Shown here: positions 32,101-48,198 of the stretch, piece after piece
Layout of the letters: every line of letters starts with the position of its first letter
Numbering within the stretch: the stretch's first letter is position 1
Origin: the human T2T-CHM13v2.0 reference genome, Homo sapiens
NCBI RefSeq assembly: GCF_009914755.1
Contig: NC_060929.1
Reading direction: 5' to 3' (one strand)
DNA length: 64,000 nt
Translations under genes and position numbers: made by a program
The notes under the pieces: model-generated
Database searches by the model: none
What the model was told of the DNA's origin: nothing
The model's input: the letters and a program-made list of their open reading frames with translations, nothing else

Positions 32101-32104
32101 ATCG

Positions 32105-32151
<47 letters not shown>

Positions 32152-32211
32152 ATCTATTATCTATCGATCTATCATCTATCTACCTATATATCAATCACCT
32201 ACCTATCATCC

Positions 32212-32258
<47 letters not shown>

Positions 32259-32260
32259 AT
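32101..32260. repeat. Compound (TATC)n microsatellite
   Basis: Two pure TATC runs joined by degenerate units. Confidence 0.95.
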
Positions 32261-32956
32261 CTTCCTATTCATTTATCTGCATCTATCTCTCTATGTAGTT
32301 TTAAGTAAAAGAAAAAAACATACATATGTGTATTATATATATGCATATATAGTATATACGTGTGTGTATAAACTAGCAGTTAGAAGTACTAAATCCTAAA
32401 ATCAACACTGTAATTAAATATATGATCTTGTGCAAGTTATTTCAATTCTGTAATGATAATATAATTTTAGTGGACAGTGTGGCAATCCTCCAAAAATTAG
32501 TCCCACCTAATCCTATGAACTGTTCATATTTATATTAATATATCACCATCTCCATTATACCTCCATGTACATTAGATGTTGAATTTCATGGAGGCAATTG
32601 GCTTAGGTCTAAAGCAACAAACCCAAATTCTTCCCCCTTTTTTTCTGGCTAATAATGCGTGTTTAAGAAGTATGAATGTAACCTACTTAAAGCCAACAAA
32701 ATCAGAAGAGACATATGCTGGGAACTTCTAGAAAATTCTCTTGTACCCCCTTCGGACACTGATGTGCAGATGCCTGGAATTGCTATTGCCATTTAACACC
32801 TCTGTGGATAATTGACAAGATTGTCACAGACCAGAGGCCACAAACTTTAGTGTCACAGGGGAGAAAAATAAAGAGTCTCAACTAAACCTGCCAGAAGTTC
32901 ATCCTCCAAGCATTTTGATAATTTGAAACCATAAATCCTCTTTTATGTGCTATTTT

Positions 32957-34544
32957 TAAAAAATTTTATTTTATTTTACTCTAAGTTCTGGAGGACATGT
33001 GCAGGATGTGCAGGTTTGTTACATAGGTAAACGTGTGCCATGGTGGTTTGCTGCACCTATCAACCTATCACCTAGGTATTTAGCCCAACATGCATTAGCT
33101 ATTTTTCCAGATGCTCTCCCTCCCCCACCCTCCCCCAACAGGCCCCAATGAGTGTTGTTTCCCTCCCTGTGTTCTCAGTGTTCAGCTCCCGCTTACAAGT
33201 GAGAACATGCGGTATTTGGTTTTCTGCTCCTGCGTTACTTTTCTGAGGATAATAGCTTCCAGCTTCACCCATGTCCCTGCAAAGAACATGATCTCATTCC
33301 CTTTTATGGCTACATAGTATTCCATGGTGTGTTTGTACCACATTTTCTTTATCCAGTCTATCATTGTTGGGCATTTGGGTTGATTTCATGTCTTTGCTAT
33401 TGTGAGTGGTGCTGCAATGAACATTTGCAAGCGTATATCTTTGTAATAGAATGATTTATATTCCTTTGGGTATATACCCAGTAATGGGATTGCTGGGTCA
33501 GAATCTACAAGAAACATAAGCAAATTTACAAGAAAAAACAAACAACCCCATTAAAAAGTGGTCAAAGGACATAAACAGACACTTCTCAAAAGAAAACATT
33601 TGTGCAGCCAACAAACATATGAAGGAAGGCTCAACATCACTGATAATTAGACAAATGCAAATCAAAACTGAGAGACACAGGACTAGCTGGATTTCCTAGG
33701 CTGACTAAGAATTACTAAGCCTAGCTGGGAAGGTGACCGCATCCACCTTTAAACACGGGGCTTGCAACTTAGCTCACACCCAACCAATCAGGTAGTAAAG
33801 AGAGCTCACTAAAATGCGAATTAGGCAAAAACAGGAGGTAAAGAAATAGCCAATCATCTATCGCCTAAAAGCACAGGGGGAAAGACAATGATTGGGATAT
33901 AAACCCCAGGCATTTGAGCAGGGAGTGGCAACCCCCTTTCAGTCCCCTCCCATTGTATGGGAGCTCTGTTTTCACTCTATTAAATCTTGCAACTGCACAT
34001 TCTTCTGGTCTGTGTTTGCTACAGCTTGAGCTGAGCTTTGCTCGCCATCCACCACTGCTGTTCACAGCTGTCCCAGACCTGCCATTGATTTCCACCCTTC
34101 TGGGGTAGAAGGGTGTCCGCCGCACTTCTGATCCAGCCAGGCGGTGCCCATTGCTGCTCCCAGTCGGGCTAGAGGCCTGACACTGTTCCTGAGCCAGCTG
34201 AGTGCCTGGGGTTCCTCCTAATAGAGGTATAACATTCATGCATGGCCCAAAGTTTCATTCCTTGGAATCCTTGAGGACAAGAACCCCAGGTCAGAGAACA
34301 AAAGGCTTGCCGCCATCTTGGAAGTGGCCTGCCACCATCTTGGGCACTCTAAGAACAAGAACCCCTAGTAACAAAAGCACTATGAGATAGCATCTCACAC
34401 CAGTCAGAATGGTGATTATTAAAGAATCAAGAAACAACAGGTCCTGTCGAGGTTGCAGAGAAATAGGAACACTTTTACACCATTGGTGGGCATGTAAATT
34501 AGTTAACCATTGTGGAAGACAGTGTGGCTAATCTTTCTAAAAGA
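32957..34544 (-). mobile_element. 5'-inverted L1 (L1PA7/8-like): 3' end on minus (32957-33500), inverted segment on plus (33501-34544), interrupted by LTR17
   Basis: Orientation flips at gggtca|gaatctacaag; TSD ttttRtgtgctatttt (32941-32956 / 34545-34560). Confidence 0.88.
33669..34373 (+). mobile_element. HERV-W solo LTR (LTR17)
   Basis: tgagagac..aggactagctggatttcctaggc start, CCAAT boxes, gatataaa TATA, ATTAAA, ends gtaaca; 4-bp TSD aaac/aaag splits the L1 sequence atcaaaac|cac. Confidence 0.9.
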
Positions 34545-35363
34545 TTTTGTGTGCTATTTTATACTTGAGTTGCATTAGAATTTTCTGTTACTTCCAAATT
34601 AAGATTTTGGCAAGTCACTTAAACATTCTAAACCTCTGTTACTTCAAACATAAAATGGGAGTATAGAGAGTGGGGACCTCATGGAACTTATTTATGCATT
34701 AATTCATGTGAAAATGCATATAAATTTCTTAGCTTAATAACTGGCACTTAGTGAGCCCTCATCAAAATGATGGTTTAAATTCTTCAACTTTGTAATGAAT
34801 GGGTAGAGTTCCCTACTTCCAGTAATTTGTTGTACAATTTGAAACAGAATCGTGTCTGAACTCTTCCCAAAATGAAGATTAATCTTTTGGTTACAGGGTT
34901 TTGAATATACCATTGCTCTGTCCAAAACTTTCAAAGCAGTGCCAATTACTGTATGTAGTCTGAACTTTGAGATTAATAGCCATCTCCTTTTTTCATTCTA
35001 AAATTTAACCACCCTGCTTCTGTAAACTTCTTCTGTAGGGAATGTCTTTTGCTCTCTGTCCAAAAAAAGTCAGAGCTCTGCCACTTAATTTTTGGGTAAC
35101 AATTTTGAGCCTCTTATCTAAGAATTGGAAATTTGTAACTGAATTTCACAAACAGGTTAACAAAGATTAAATTTAACAATACATGTAAATTACATCTTCT
35201 GGTTTCTTCCACTAGTGCTGGCTCCCAAGTTGCTTTCCACAGTGCATTGTACTTCCGGAAGTACTGGACACAAACTTCACTCATTGTCATGCTTCTGTAG
35301 AATGCTTCCTTCAGCAATTTACCTTAATTGAAATCTTGCTTTCCCCTGAGCCTAGTACTATGA

Positions 35364-35804
<441 letters not shown>

Positions 35805-36504
35805 TGAGACAAATCTCTTTCTTCATGTTGTCTCTTTTTATGGTTTCTTCAACATCATTTACTCTTGACTCTCCCCCTGAGTCTCTGATAACTACTTAGC
35901 ATTCTTTACAGACTCTTTTTCCTCTCTCTGCTCATATACCCTGATTTTGTCTCTCACTCTACATGCCTAACTCTACAATCTTGTTCATATTAGCCCCAGT
36001 GACTAAATCCTGACCATCATTTATACTTTCCGGTTGCTTCAATAGCAAAACTAGCTCTTAACTAGACCAGGATAAATCTGGAGGACATTTTAAGCTTTTA
36101 TTTAGCACTTATTGTTTACATCTGGTATAGTCTCTTTCATTGACTAAACATTTCTACAATGTTTTCCTTATGCATTCTGCCACTACTTTTATTTGAAATG
36201 TTTACTATTTCTCACCTAGGTTATAGTGTTATAATATTTAATAGTCCAAATGTTGCTTGTCTTAACCTACAATCCACCTGTTGCTTCAGCCACATTTGTC
36301 TTTCAAAAATGTAAATTTAATTTGTCCACAGCACTATCTCCAATGCTCTTCACAAATGTGCCTCTCTCATTTCCAGGCTTATCTTTGTCTCTTCCCTGTC
36401 TACTTTATGTTGCCTCAATATAATAGAGTTCCCTAAGATTCAGGGCTACTTCATATTATGCCCTTTATACATGCTGTTGTCAAAATCAGAAATGTTCTTT
36501 TTCA

Positions 36505-36836
<332 letters not shown>

Positions 36837-38036
36837 TCAGGTAAACTTCGTTCCATTTTAAAGACTGGCCTCAATAGCTCCACTTCTAGAAACTCGTTTC
36901 CATATGCTCAGAGTGTCTTGTTTCCTGTCTCATTTTCCACTGTCTCTTCCACAAGTCTGTAAGTTAACATCTAGAGAGTATTACTACTTTATTTATTTAT
37001 TTATCTATTTATTTATTTATGGAATCTCAGAACCTACAACAGAGCTTGGTATATAATAAGTACTTAATACATGTCTATTGTGTAAGTTAATAAAGGAACA
37101 AATAAGTCTGGCTAAGAAAATACTTTTGATCAGCTGATGTTAGAAGTTTTCAATCAAGCCTTTGGATCTCTTGATTCAGCCACAAGGCTCAATGTCAATA
37201 GTTACAATATCGATATCCCATCAATAGTTATGGCAGTGATGACACTGCTTTGTTGTCTGTTACAGAAATCAATGGAGCAGCTTCAAATGAAAAATGTCTA
37301 GAGAAATCTTCAGAGCAGTGACAAAAGAATGCAATAAACCAATTATTAGCATTTTGGCAATCCTGACACCTCAAGCCATGCTAAGTCTACAGAAGAGTGT
37401 ACAATTCTACTTTCCATTACCAGATAGAGCATGAGCTTTCATAAAACAAAGGACTGCATTGATACCCATTAGAAAAATGGATATCATGTGTGGAAAATCC
37501 ATTAAAATAAAGTCTAGAACTTATTATAGCAGTTCACATTATCTGAAGGCAAGTGAACTTGATACTGATTATTTCATAAACTCAAAGTCACGATGATGCC
37601 ACATGACTTTGCAATACTTGCAAAAGTGCTTATGAATCCAGATAAGTAATGATAGAAATAGTGTCTGTCTACAAAGTATTAATAACTGTACACATTATAT
37701 TGTTTAAATATTCCTAGCTAATAGAGAAAACTTTATTTGTGCATGAGACTCTGATTTCATATTAAGGTTTTGTTTCTCCTGTGTTGCCATGGTTAAATGC
37801 TACAGTAATTTAGGGTGGTATTTGGGTTAGTAATTGTTACAAAAATAAAAGACTTGGAAGCCTACTTGTTTTGCAAGATTCATTGTAATGCAATTACTCA
37901 AAGCAGAAGTTCACTGTAGCTAAATGAAAATTAAACTTTATTATATTTCATATGCCTTCTGATCCAAATTCTCCAAATACGTTTATTAATGAGATCAGTT
38001 TCTTCATCTATAAAATGGGAGGTTTGAACAATACTC

Positions 38037-38343
38037 ACTAGTCACGGTGTTTCACACCTGTAATCCTAGCAGTTTGGGAGGCTAAGGAAGGTGGATCACT
38101 TGAGCCTAGGAGTTGCAGACCAGCCAGGGCAACATGGTGCAACCCTGTCTCTACCAAAAATACAAAAAAAAAAAAAAAAAAAAATTAGCCAGGCATGGTG
38201 GCATGGCCTGTGGTCCCAGCTACTTGGGAAGATGAGGTGGGAGGGTCACTGGAGAATGAGAAGCAAAGTTTGCAGTGCTGAGATCCTGCCACTGCACTCC
38301 ATCTTCTACAATACAGCTTGGATGACAGTAAGAGACCCTGTTG
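38037..38343 (+). mobile_element. AluJ-like
   Basis: Diverged dimer with an expanded middle A tract. Confidence 0.85.
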
Positions 38344-38571
38344 AAAGAAGAAAAGAAAGAAAGAAAAGAAAGAAAAAAAGAAAGAAAGAAAGAAGAAAGA
38401 AAGAAAGAGAAAAGAAAAGAAAAGAAAGAGAGGGAGAGAGAGAGAAAGAAAGAAAGAGAGAGAAAGAAAGAAAAAGAAAGAAGAAAGAAAAAGAAAAGAA
38501 AGGAAGAAAGAAAAAGAAAGAAAGAAAGGAAAGAAAGAGAGGGAGGGAGGAAAAAAAGAAAAAAGAGAAAA
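38344..38571 (+). repeat. GA-rich polypurine tract grown from the Alu tail
   Basis: About 230 bp of A and G only (GAAA/GGAA/GAGA units). Confidence 0.95.
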
Positions 38572-40019
38572 ATGTCTATGTTGATATTCTATCCAAAAAG
38601 ACTAACTGTATTGAGAGTTGCTGAAATTAAATTTTGATGGATTTTTCCATTTTCCGTTCACATGCTATCAAATTTTTACTTCACATGGTTCTCTCTCAAG
38701 AGTGGCTGGTATGATTTGCATTTGAAGGAGTTACAGTATAGTAATCATTCTCATGATGACTTGCATGTTCACACTATAAAAAAAACTTTAAAAGTTGGAC
38801 AGCAGTTTCAAAGCCCACTGAAAACAAATTAAAATATATATGTCATTACTATTTCATAGGATAACAGTTTATCTATTAACCACTTTGAACTTTTTAAGCA
38901 GCACATTAAAAGAAAGAAAAGATAAGAGCCATTCTATCACTAAAGTATAATTTTGATGCACACTACAGGGAACAGTGAACTTAACCTAGTGCCTCCACAA
39001 TACATGCAGATATCTGGAAGACGTTTTTGTTACTTATGGCAGTGAAATATATTTGATGCTACTTTAAAGTGTGTATTTGATGACAAAAGTTGAATTAACT
39101 ATACTATTATCTCTAAGTGAAAGCTACGGCTCTTAATCAATTAAGTTATTATTCCCTTATCTATCATGAGGCTTCTCTCATTATACTAAAAGTATTTTTA
39201 AAAATATTTTGGTCAATATATCATTATGTGGAATTTTTTATGTATAGTATTTTTTAAAGCTTTCAAGTTGTAAGCCAGGGGTAAAATATAGTGCAGATTA
39301 AAAAATAAAAAGAGATTAAAAGTTTAAGGGAGAGTGAATTATAGCTAGATCAGATTACCCATGAATTTATTTTATGACCTAGCCAAAGAGATGGAAAGGA
39401 AACCTAATGAAAAGCAGTCGACAGCAAGAACAAATTCTTCAGGATCACAAGAGGATTCGGAATATTAAAGTCATGGATTCAATTAATAGTTGATCTAACA
39501 GGTAGATGGAAAACTTAGAGAATGGCAGTTTTGCCTGGTACAATTACAAATTATAAGTGAGTGGTCTTAAGAAAGAAGCTGTGAGCAGACAGTTCTGATG
39601 TCCTTGCTTATACTAATTTAGCAGCTGGCCCCAAAAGTCCACCTGGCAATCTGGAGTCCACAATGCTTGCTGGGACTCAGGGTCAGTTCCAAGTTATCAG
39701 CTTACTTCTTACAGTACTGAACCTGGGGCCACATTCAGGTAGAGGGTTCACCGACTTGGAAGTTTGAATAGCAGTTTTGTTCATTCCCTGAATTGTACCC
39801 TGATGAGTACCTATGGCTCAAACAAAGTTATATTTCCTTCCAACTACCTTACCCTTCAGTCAACACTGTTGCTATCAGTGTTATCTTTTCTATAGAATCT
39901 GTTAGTTTCCTTCTACTGGAGTCATGCTTATGTCTTTCTTCTAGACTGTGACGTTAGGGCACTAAGTTCTTGTCTGTAGATGGGGATCATCCCAGCACTG
40001 GGGTGCTCTATATACAATG

Positions 40020-40208
40020 CTTTTCCTTCCTTCTTTCCTTCCTTCCTTCCTTCTTTCCTTCCTTCCTTCCTTCCTTCCTTCCTTCCTCCCTCCCTCTTTT
40101 CTTTCTTCCTTCTTTTCCTTCCTTCCTTCCTTCCTTCCTTCCTTCCTTCCTTCCTTCCCTTCTTTCTTTCCTTCCTTCCTTCCTTCCTTCCTTCCTTCCT
40201 TCCTTCCT

Positions 40209-40287
<79 letters not shown>

Positions 40288-40328
40288 CTTTCTCTTTTCT
40301 CCTTCCTTCCTTCCTTTCTTTTCTTTTG
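40020..40328 (+). repeat. (CCTT)n/(CTTT)n polypyrimidine tract
   Basis: About 310 bp of C and T only. Confidence 0.95.
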
Positions 40329-42118
40329 CCCTAACATTTGTTTATCCACAGGCACTCACTCGTTGTGACGTCTAATAGAAAGTAGAGTCCCAGTGCACCC
40401 CAGCTCTCAGTATTTTTGATCGTGAGAGAGAAAGTTTCATGGAGTCAGGGTTTATCAATTTCTTGTTCTGAAGAGTGGGATTTTGCACTCAAGTGCAGAG
40501 TTGAATCATCCATCATTTCCAGAGTACAAAAACATAGGAAACTTCACCTGTGTTTCTAGTGACTGTCTCTAAAGTTATATATTTAATGCCAGGGCACTTC
40601 TTTAGCTACCCCTCGGGGAGAATAATAAAATCTTAGTTTTTTATTTATAAGCCATCTATTAAGTGACCACTATTTTAGCAGCTCACACTGCACTATGCAC
40701 AGAGAATATAAGGTATAAAAATGAATGAAAAAGAAAAATGAAAAAAAACTGCTGAAATGTAGTATTCTAAAAACTTTATTTTATATGATTTCTTTTGGGA
40801 AACTCAGAAAATACTTCTCATTTGCAACTCTCTCTTCTTTCCTAAAACAGGAAAGGAACTTAACAATATTTATGGAGCTATTACAATGTGTCAAACATTG
40901 TGCAAAACATTTTATATGCATTCTTATATTTAATGCTTAAACCCATCCTATTTTCTATTATTTGCACCATTTCTATAAATGCAAAACTAACATCTAGATG
41001 ATGACACGGGTTGTCTGGAGTCTTGACTTTTAGTTAAGTGGTGGAGCTGGGGCAAACTCAAACAGTTGACACCAAAGCCATTGCTCACAGCCACTACCCT
41101 AGTCCACCTCCAGGGAACAGAGAAGTTCTTCATAAAATAACTAAGCTGTTTTATTTTGTTTGTTTGGACATTCTTGGCACAACATATTTTTTCCATTTTT
41201 TTTAAATTTGGAATTGAACTTTCTAGAAATACACTACTCATTTTTGTTTACTTAAGTAAACAAATAGTCTATTTGGTTAAACTTCGTATCATTTTTATAT
41301 ATTAGTTTATCTGATACAAAATGGTTACTAATGGATCTGCATATATAATTTCAAATTACCTGAATACTTAAAAAGTATGCAAGGAATTTTCCACAGTAGC
41401 TACACTTGCCTAAGATCAGATATGCATAATATGTTTTGAATCATGGATCTTTTTTCTTTTGTTCTTATTAATATCATTTAAAAATCTAGCACCATTGTAA
41501 TTCACATGTTGATACTCTGCAAAAATGAGAAGAAATCAGTCTAATATCCAGGCTGTGAATGTAGATGCATTTTGATAGTTTATGATGTATTGATTGGAAA
41601 TTCAAGATAAATAATAAGCGTTTTACTAAAATGAAAACTAGATTACAAAGCAATATTTGTAAAGATATATCAAACAATATTGCCAGTATTTAATTAGAGC
41701 CAATGTTCAGGTTTCAGTAATACCATTTTAGCTTCAGACGGTTATTGTCACTGGATTTCTTTGTTATGCCATTATAAATTAAGCAATGATGCATCATGAT
41801 GATTCTTCCATTACTGGAAGTCACATTTTATCTGAATTTATTCTCATGTCCAAATGTTTGTGACGTATATTTAATTTGCTTATTGCCACATGCACAGCCA
41901 CACACAGAGGATGACGTAAAGCAATCATAGAAATTAACAAAAAGACGTATTTTTATTACTTTATCAGTATTTCAAATTGATTTTTTAATCAGAAAAAAAC
42001 AGGTTATTTGAACCAGACATAGATTGGCTGTATTGCTCTCATAATTTGGCAGATGTCTGTATGTTCCATTTATAGTACAACTGCCACATTTATTTGCTTT
42101 TTAAAAGTGATATATTAG

Positions 42119-44370
<2,252 letters not shown>

Positions 44371-44478
44371 AAAAGTGATGTATTAGACAACATTCTGTGT
44401 TTTCCCTTTTTAAACATATTCACTTAATTTTTGAAACTACTGTATGGGGTAATAACTTATTATAAAAGGCCCTGTTTT

Positions 44479-44783
<305 letters not shown>

Positions 44784-44798
44784 AAAAGGCCCTGTTTT

Positions 44799-44990
44799 AA
44801 GCACATTCCTTGTTTTAACAAATTTAATTCTCACAACAGTATGAGAAAGTAACTGTTATCTATATTTTACAGGTGAGGAAACTAAGGCAAGTGAGGCTAT
44901 CTGTAATTTACCCAAGGTTGTACAACTTTAGTTTTAGCTTATTGTACTGTAGAGCTAATTCCAGAGCCGCTGTTCTCAATTACTATGCCA
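44799..44990. mobile_element. MIR fragment
   Basis: MIR core: tttaattctcacaac...attttacaggtgaggaaactaaggc...tttacccaagg. Confidence 0.7.
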
Positions 44991-46082
44991 CTCACCCCTT
45001 AGTTTACAGAGAAATGGTTATATGCCTGTTGAATTGGGTAGCTGATAGCATCACCCTTTAGCTTCAAAATGGTTCACTCTTTCAATAAAGGATTCATGCA
45101 AGCTCACCATATACGGTCAAACACAATTTGTAGATAGCAAATCTGAGCCCATAACCCAGATAATATAATTTTATATTTTCCTATCCTGAATTTGATTTGC
45201 ACTTGTGTATTGATTTATATGAGTTTGCCAAAAAATATCTTCATAGGACTTTAAGCAGTCATCCTTTGCCAGTTTAGGATATTCACTTTTTATGCATATT
45301 TTGTTTTTATAGAGCTTTAATTATGTTTCTTGTTTGCACCCTATTTGTCTCTACTATATCATCAGTGCTTTCCAAAGACTCACTGATATCAGTATATTAT
45401 TAAATCTTATTTTTTAAGTAGTTCCCACACCAGTTCTCCATGCACCTTCTTTCCTTCACTGCTTTATTAGATGGGTACCTCTGTTCTCTTCATGTCACCT
45501 GTAATTCCTGCTTGCTTTAGTTCCTTATTCTGAAAAGAAGACCCCAGCATATCTTCCAAACATATTTGGGTAGTATATTGTATGTGAACTTCCTTGAATT
45601 TGTTCTTGGAATATATTGGTCATTTGGCTGAAAATAAAATTTTTGGTTAAGCACCATTTTTGTTTGTAACATAAAATTCATTGCTCCATTTACTTCTAGC
45701 AACTGTGCTTTCATGTTGCTCTCTGGAAGTCTAATGCCACTTTGATTCTCTATTTAAAGTGGCTTGTTCCATTTGTTTCTTACTTCTTTTGTTCTGATTT
45801 TGTAAAAATTTTCTTTCTTCCCTCTGAAATTTTGGAAAAAGTTTCTTCATCTTTGGTATTCTAATAGCTAAAATGAAGTATGTTTTTTTTCATTCATTAC
45901 CAGGCATATTCACTGGGTGAAACTGGCAATCTGTAACTTGTATGCTTAGATGTGTGAAATTATAAATTTTGCTCTTCTATCCTTTTTCTGGAATTCTTAT
46001 TCTCAGATTCTCTTTGTTTGTGTTTTTTCTTTTTATTATTTTTCTTTTTATTAATTTTCCTCATATATATGAGGAAAAATAG

Positions 46083-46230
46083 TAAAGAAATAGAACAAAA
46101 CCTCAAAGAGTTTACATATATTATTATATTATATATAATATATATAAATATATATAAATATAAAATTTATTATATATATAAATTCAGAGGGGATATATAA
46201 AACTCTTTGAGGTTTTGTTCTATTTCTTTA
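46083..46230. repeat. Perfect 31-bp inverted repeat around an 86-bp TA-rich spacer
   Basis: 46083-46113 taaagaaatagaacaaaacctcaaagagttt is the reverse complement of 46200-46230. Confidence 0.95.
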
Positions 46231-48078
46231 GAATATGCTTCTTTTTTTCCATTAACATGTCTTCAAATATTACACATAAGCACTTAATCTCTAATTATTC
46301 CATTTTTCTAATAGATATAATTTTATTTTAGATATAATTGTAACTTGAATTTTCATAGATGTTGGGGGAAGTGGTTTAGGTATTCTTATCGATATTTTAT
46401 TACTTATCTCTCATTCAATATTTGTTTTTCTGTTTTATAATGTAGTTTTCCTCAAATGCATGATGATCTTTGGTTTTTGGCACATCTTTTAAGATGGAAC
46501 AATGAAGCAGTTGGCTATGACTTGGGGCCGTGAGAGTCATGGAGCCAATAGTCTCTGGTTAGTTTCCTCTAGTGTGCCATGCAGATTTTCTTATTATCAA
46601 CATGTGTTGTGATATGACAGTATCAGTATTTTATCAATATCCATATTTACACGATAAAATTGTTTAGGATCTTCAGACTCATTCACTCATATAAATTAAT
46701 TAAATTCTTTATTATTTCTGAGCTTGACAGTATCTAAGAAGACTTTGCATTTATACTTCCATTTTATCTTTCTCTCTCCACTTTAGAATATCTCCCTGAT
46801 GATAATTCTTTGATACTCCTTCTTTTATCCCTTCTTTCACTCCTTGCTGATATTGTTTTCAGACACTATTTTGTATGATTGATAAGAAGTTTAAACAAGA
46901 TGTTTATGATTCAGTTGATAGTGATGGACAAAAATTAAAAATGCATGACTATAATATCAAAGCTATAACAAATTTAATATTATAAGAAAGTAACTGAAGG
47001 AGAAATTAATTCTGTCTCCAAATGAACATCAATAGTGACTTGAAACACTTCTGGTGAATAGACAGATCTTCCTCCCATAGTTAAAATCTGGCTGCCTGTG
47101 ACTTTTTTCATCCCAGTGTCCCATTCTTCCTCTGGAGACACTGCGGATCCATAGCTTCCCTATTCTCCTTCAACAATGGAAAATCAGCTATCATTTTGCA
47201 CTTACACTTCTTCCAATTGAACATACCCCCTTCTTCAACTGTTCCTTGTATAACATGATTCACACCATGGACTTTTTTGAGTAGCCCTCCAGGTCCTTCA
47301 TATATGATTAAAATTCCCTGCTGGCATCTAGAAATGAATTATTGAGTTTCAGAAGAATCACTACCAGGTTGCATGAGGCCACAGTTTAGTATGAACATAG
47401 TCAGGGCCCAGGTAATTCACTGTTATGAGGGCACAACAGCTAGGAATTCAAATACTTTTGAGCAGTGCCAGGAGTAGATAACATAAGCAAGAATTGCCCC
47501 AATACTGTATTTTTTTTTCCCCTTAGTTCCAGGTTTTCTTTCACCTCTTTCCATTAGCACTAATTAACGAGCCAGTTCAGTAAGCAGTTGATCTAAACAA
47601 AAAGTCTGAGTATAAGACAAACAATAACAACAACAACAACAAAACAGTCACACTAAGGAGGGTCTGAAAAGACTGCTACATTAGCCGGGCCTGGGGTAGT
47701 AACATGCAGGCAAAAAATTTGGTTGCAATATGGTGCAACCGGAGGTTAAGTTCTACAGTGAGGTCCACTACACTGTGTACCAAATCTAAGAAAGGACAAA
47801 AGAACATACGCTTTTCTCTCCTTTTTCCCTCGTGCTTTTAAAAATGTACATTCAGATTATTAAAGGGTAATTTTTTCATATGAAACTTAGAGACTTACTT
47901 TTCAGACTTTAAAAAGATGACTAGTATTTCATATCAAACACCTTACCTGTTAGCTCATAGAGAGACTACATCACTAACAATGCAGGGAGATAAATAGCAT
48001 CTACTTTGAATTGTTCCTCAGTTTAGGAAACAATTTGCAACGTTTCCTCACTTCAGAGAAGTAATACTATTAGGAATG

Positions 48079-48198
48079 CTAATGTAAATGACGAGTTAAT
48101 GGGTGCAGCACACCAACATGGTACATGTATACATATGTAACAAACCTGCATGTTGTGTACATGTACCCTAGAACTTAAAGTATAATAATAATAAAAAA
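48079..48198 (+). mobile_element. Severely 5'-truncated L1PA (PA4-6-like) 3' tip
   Basis: ctaatgtaaatgacgagttaatgggtgcagcacaccaacatgg...accctagaacttaaagtataat plus A tail; flanking agaagtaa repeat. Confidence 0.88.

Noticed and set aside
38091-38637. K/E/R-rich ORFs
   Set aside because: Translation of an Alu plus a stop-free purine tract.
39970-40375. Overlapping F/L/P/S-rich ORFs
   Set aside because: Translation of a CCTT/CTTT microsatellite.
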